Below are positions 59,200 through 64,000 of a stretch of 64,000 nucleotides of DNA, one piece after another; within the stretch, counting starts at the first letter, position 1, and every line of letters begins with the position of its first letter. Source of the DNA: Emiliania huxleyi CCMP1516 (Eukaryota); contig NW_005201421.1 of NCBI RefSeq assembly GCF_000372725.1, positions 62,001 through 126,000 of the forward strand. Direction: 5' to 3'. The position numbers and the translations under genes are program-made. Under the pieces are notes generated by a model, which searched no databases, was not told the DNA's origin, and was given only the letters and a program-made list of their open reading frames with translations.

Positions 59200-62044
59200 T
59201 CAAAACTGATCTACCGGCAAGTGAGCGGTGGGGAACGCGGCCTCCGCCGCCGCCTCCGCCGCTGTTGGCGGGGGCCGAGCGGCGCTGGCCGCCGCGGCCG
59301 CGGGGAGGTCCTGCTCCTGGCTGGCTGCAGCGGCGTCCTGCAGCCGCCTGTCGACCGAAGTGAGGAGCTGCTCGAGCCGCGCTAGCCTATCGGCAAGCAA
59401 AGTCCGCCGTGCTCCCTCGGACCGACTTCCTCCCGGGGAGCCGCTCGAGCCGCGCTCGCCGCTGCTCAAGCGCGTGGAGCTGCGCCGCACCGCCCCCGTC
59501 GCCGCCGCCGCCGCCGCAGCTGGTTGGCGGAATGGTCGCGGCGAGGAGGGGCGGGGTAGACCCGTTGGCGCGCGCCTACGGGCAAGGGCTCCGAGAAGGG
59601 TCCGGGACGGGGCGAGGAGGAGCGGGTTGGACCCGCCAGTCCTACTACCGACGGCGGCGTGGCGGAGGGGCGGTGCGAGAAGCGGCCGGTCTCTGGGTCG
59701 CGGCAGCAGCCCATCTCCTGCGAAGTGGCCGCCAAGCAAGGGTGGGTGAGCCGAGTCAACCACGAGCGGTCTCTCTGCCGTGCTCTCTGCCGCGGGGTGG
59801 TGTGTGGGGGGGCGGCGAGGCGTCTGGACGGCCGTGTCGCCGCGGTGTCCGGGAAGTGTCCGGGAAGTGTCCTGGGAAGGAGCCGTGCGAGCCCTCTCCT
59901 GAGTCATGATCGAGATGATGGAGGAGAGGCCGACCACGCCGGTCAGCATCGCCATCGCCCCCACGAGCCGGCCCGCCGTCGAGAGAGGCACGAGATCGCC
60001 TGCGCTCAGCCAGTCCAGTCCGCCAGCCTTACTACTCTCGGGCACATCTCGGGCACATCTCGGGCACATCTCGGGCACATCTCGGGCACATCTCGGGCAC
60101 ATCTCGGCTTCAGCTCGCCATACCCCACCGTCGTCACCGTCACCAGCGCCCACCAAATCCCGTCACGCACCTGCAGCCGAGGTGCAGCCGAAGTGCAGCC
60201 GAAGTGCAGCCGAGGTGCGGCCGAGGTGCGGCCGAGGTGCGGCCGAGGTGCGGCCGAGGTGCACCGACTGGAAGGGCGCCAAGCGGCACTCCCCTTCCTC
60301 CTCCTCCTCCCCGCCTGGCTCGACGCGGCCCTCGCACTCCGCCCCGGCCACCTACTCACGAGTCGCCAGCTGGGGGGGGGGGGAGACTCGCACGCCGTAC
60401 CGCCCCGGCCCGCCCACCCACACGCCGCCGCCGGGCGAGCCGCCCGCCACGAAGGCGCCCGCCTGACGGCGAGGATCGCGGTACGCTGTCCTCTTGACAG
60501 AAGGCGCTCAGCCTTTCCTGTAGTCTCGGAAGCGTCTCGGAAATGTCTCGGAAATGTCTTGGAAGCGTCTCGGAAGCGTCTCGGAAAGCGCAACGCGTAG
60601 CCGAGACGAGATGAGAACAGGCGGGCCGAGATGCGCCGAGATCGTACCCGCGCCTCCGCGTGGAAGACGAACCCTCCCAGGATCAGGTTCTGCAGCATGA
60701 GGAAGAAGAGAAGCAGCCGCAGCGCGGGCAAGCAGCGGCGGACGCACGCGGCGAGGGCCTTGCGAGAGGACGCGGGGAGGCGGGCGAGGGGTAGCCGAGA
60801 GGTAGCCGCGATGCAGCCGGGAAGCAGCGGCGGACGCGCCAACCTCTCGCCTGATCTCGCCTGATCTGTCCTGATCTGTCCTGATCTGTCCTGAACTCGG
60901 CGGATCTGGCCTGATCTCGGCGGATCTGGCCTGATCTCGGCGGATCTCGGGCCTGCAGCTCGGAGGACTCTTTTGCGAAGCGGAGCAGCCGAAGGATGCG
61001 GACGAGGCGCAGCACGCGGACCATCGCCAGGAAAGCCTAGGGTTAGGGTTAGGGTTAGGGTTAGGGTTAGACGAGGCGCAGCACGCGGACCATCGCCAGG
61101 AAAGCCTGGCGGGCTGGCGAACTAAGGAGTGTGCACTGCTCGCTGGGCGGAGACCGCGGGCCATCGCGGGGAGGGCCTGGTGGGCGGTGGGAGGTGCCTC
61201 GGAGGAGTCTCGGAAGTGCCTCGGAGTGTCTCGGACGCGTCTCGGGCGTGCCTGCGGGAGGAAGAAGAGGACGAGGCCGATCCAGAAGGGGAGGATCGCC
61301 GCGAGGTCGATGACCATCATCGGCTGCTTGGCGAGGCGCAGCCGCGCCTGCCACCCATGGAGAGTGGAGGAGAGGGCTCAATGAGAAGTGACTCCTCGCG
61401 CCTCGCCTCGTAAGGCTGAGCTGCGCCTGGCAGGCGGACGCGGGAGGCGGCTGCCTATAGGGTGTGGCCACGGGCAGGTCATCGGAATGAGCCGGCAACC
61501 GCCCAGTTGGGGAGGGCGCGGGCTGCGGCCTCCGCCCGTCCTCCTCCGCCGCCTCGTCGCCACGCCCGTCGGGGGCGACGATGATGCGAGTGATGTACTC
61601 TGCCGTGAAGCCGACAGCGACCAGCGCGTCGATGAGCCGCCAGCCGGGCCACGACGCCATCGCCGGCTCGGATTGGAGGACAAAGCAGAGGGTGGAGACG
61701 AGGATCGCGCCGAGGATGAGCTACACGCAACAGGGGGTCCTCTCTCAAAAGGCGTCATCACAGCGGCACGTGGGCAGGCTCGGATCCTACTGTGCGCCCG
61801 TCGGGTCCGTCACTCTTGATGTGCTAGTCGCTTCTCTCCCAACGTGGTGGAGAATTCTTTTGCTCACCCAGTGCACAACGAGTGCCGCGCGTGACGAGGA
61901 CGGCCGGTTGAGCAGGTCGTGGATCGCGGCGCGGTGTGTCGGCGCCCGGATGAGCGAGTTGGTAGCGACGGCGCTCGTGAGCGGCGGCGTGAGGTTGGAG
62001 AGCGGCGCGCTGCGTAGCGGGGCGCCGACGTACTCGCTTGACAT
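59200..62044 (-). CDS. Voltage-gated (Kv/Shaker-like) potassium channel, multi-exon
   Basis: FTAEYITR (S2), IDLAAILPFW (S3), VRVLRLVRILRLLRFAK (S4), IWWALVTVTTVGYGD filter, S6 GAMAMLTGVVGLS. Confidence 0.92.
61038..61069. repeat. Intronic telomeric repeat (TTAGGG)n
   Basis: TAGGGTTAGGGTTAGGGTTAGGGTTAGGGTTA read directly. Confidence 0.9.
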
Positions 62045-62400
62045 GGGCAACCGCGGCTTCAACTTTTACATGAGAAAACCAGTCTCGGCCAAAAGGGCGG
62101 CGCCTCGTTGTGCCGCCTCCGCCTCCATGTGTTGATTGATCACGCCGACGCCCAACCTGAGGGAGGGTGTAGATGATGTAGAATGTATCGCGCGCCTTGC
62201 TAGAGCGCTGTAGAGCTGTAGAGCTGTAGAGCGCTGAGCAAAAACCTGAAACGCCACCCAGGCCGCGCTGGGGCGCTCAGAGATAAAACCTCTTCGCTAA
62301 CTAACCATCACGCACTCAGCAATCACAAGGCAAGGCAATGAGAGACATGGACGCTGGTCCCTCCCGCTTACCCAGCGCCCGACCCCCACCGATAGGTGAG

Positions 62401-62785
62401 ATGTTCCGCCAGGCTGTCGCCGCGCTCAAGAACCCCGATATCCAGGCCCATCGCCCGTCCCCCAGCGCCGCGAGAGCCCACCCTACTCTTCACCCCGCAA
62501 CCCGCCGCGAGACGCCACCCTAATTTCCTCCACCCCACAATCTCCTCCTCTGCTCAGGTCCCGCTCGCCGGCTCCGCCGCCCTGCTGGCGGTCGGCATCT
62601 GGGCGACGGCGGAGCCCACCACCGTGGTCGCCGCGCAGGGCGCAAAGGCTCCCCTCAAGCGCCGCCCGTCTTGGGAGGCCAAGTTCGCTGGCGGGTGGGG
62701 CGACACGACCCCCGAGATCGAGGCTCAGCTGACGGCCGCGATGGACAAGATCGGCACGCCGGAGTCGGGCGCAAACAGCCCGTGA
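62401..62785 (+). CDS. Small single-TM hypothetical protein (GC-AG intron 62446-62557)
   Basis: MFRQAVAALKNPDIQ|VPLAGSAALLAVGIWATA… splices in frame to the stop at 62785. Confidence 0.55.
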
Positions 62786-63234
62786 GAGCCGATAGGGGCG
62801 GGCGATGCACGGCACACCACAGCCAGCCAACGCCCCTTCCTCTAGTAGCCTCAGACTCCCGGGCGGCGCGGCCTCGCTCATGAGCCTAGCCCAGGAGCTG
62901 GTGGCCGGGATAGACAGCGATCGAGATCGGCTCACTCTTGGTTGCCCTGTGGGATGCATCCCGGCTCCATCACGTGTAAGCGCACCCACACGCTGCCCCC
63001 CTGCGCTCTCTCGCGGCGCCCGGCTCTGGCTCTGCGATGTGGTCGGAGAGCACGTGTGCGGCTGCGCGACACGGTAGGGACATGCAGATGTACATGTGCA
63101 TGTCGATCCTTTGAAGTTTGATGATGCACTTGTTTATGCACATGCAAACCGAACACACTAATTTACGGTGGATACACAACGTACACACAGGCCGCGACCG
63201 CTCGGAGACGACTCAGAGAGGGGGCTGTGTCGTG

Positions 63235-63969
63235 TCAGCTCCCCGCGTCCCTCCGCAAGTCGATGGTCTGCCCCCACCCCTCGTCCTTGGCCGCCGACAG
63301 CGCCAGGATCTCGGTGCTGCCGTCCTCCCTCCTCCGCCCCGTCGCGCTCAGGTTGCACGAGTAGGTCGACGCGCCGCCGTCGGTGGTGAAGATGCCGAAG
63401 AAGCGGACGAGGCAGCGCCCGTCCGGCCGCACGCCCGCGCCGAGCACAATCTCGACGCGGAGCAGCGAGCCGAGGCTCGCCTGCAGCTCGCCGCTCGCGC
63501 CGACGATGCGCCGCGTCTCGCGCACCGCTACGCGCACTGTCTGGTCGGCGGCGGCCGCGTCGTCGGCGGAGAGCGACTTTGCGAGGTTGGGCGTGATGTC
63601 GAGCGTGTCGAGCCCGTCGTCGACGGTGAGGCGCAGCGGCGAGGGGGCGTCGACGAGGAGGGCCATCACCGCGTCAAAGCCCCGCCGCGATACGTCGACG
63701 CCCTCCACCGCCAGGAGGCGGTCGCCGGGAGCGATGTCCAGCGCGGCGGCCTGCTCGGCGGCGGCGCCGCCCTCCTGGAAGGAGTCGAAGCGCACCCCGC
63801 CGCCGTCGCGCTCCTCGAGCACGATGCCGAGCGGCTTGGCGAGCGTCACACTCCGCGCGTAGGCGGTGCGCACGCTGAGCGCCGCCGGCGCAGAGCGAGC
63901 GCCGCGCGACGGCACCGGCCGCCAGGCTGACAGCAGCGACGTGAGGGAGGTGAGCAGCAGCGGGAGCAT
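63235..63969 (-). CDS. PDZ-domain protein with signal peptide (possibly plastid-targeted)
   Basis: MLPLLLTSLTSLLSAW leader; VTLAKPLGIVLEE…PGDRLLAVEGVDV PDZ signature. Confidence 0.8.
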   Translation of the reverse strand: MLPLLLTSLTSLLSAWRPVPSRGARSAPAALSVRTAYARSVTLAKPLGIVLEERDGGGVRFDSFQEGGAAAEQAAALDIAPGDRLLAVEGVDVSRRGFDAVMALLVDAPSPLRLTVDDGLDTLDITPNLAKSLSADDAAAADQTVRVAVRETRRIVGASGELQASLGSLLRVEIVLGAGVRPDGRCLVRFFGIFTTDGGASTYSCNLSATGRRREDGSTEILALSAAKDEGWGQTIDLRRDAGS

Positions 63970-64000
63970 TATGTGTGCGCCAGGCGGCGGCGGCTGGGCG

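Overview
Very GC-rich eukaryotic genomic DNA with many introns. The GC-AG introns filled with 10-11 bp tandem repeats and the expanded intronless F-box/ankyrin genes strongly suggest a haptophyte such as Emiliania/Gephyrocapsa huxleyi (inferred, not verified). About 20 genes or gene remnants are recognisable: a calpain with an inserted PBZ finger, an F-box/repeat/SAP protein, an EGY-like M50 protease, an MsrB-like protein, a PH-domain formin, NADPH-P450 reductase, NnrU-like and PhzF-like proteins, F-box/RCC1, SGNH-like and cullin-4 fragments, an ankyrin-kinase-RING protein, a frameshifted secreted Cys-repeat/HNH-like gene, an A-T-R-R NRPS-like reductase, a zinc-finger/IQ protein, a Kv channel and a PDZ protein. 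There are two N gaps and several dispersed repeats. The most striking signal is intron architecture. In at least 7 genes, introns start with a 15-45 nt copy of the start of the next exon, followed by low-complexity filler. The filler is telomere-type (CCCTAA)n or (CCCTGA)n always on the sense strand, pure TAATTAAT, or 10-11-mers. This suggests ongoing intron creation by duplication plus repeat fill-in. Exon boundaries were read by eye and are approximate.
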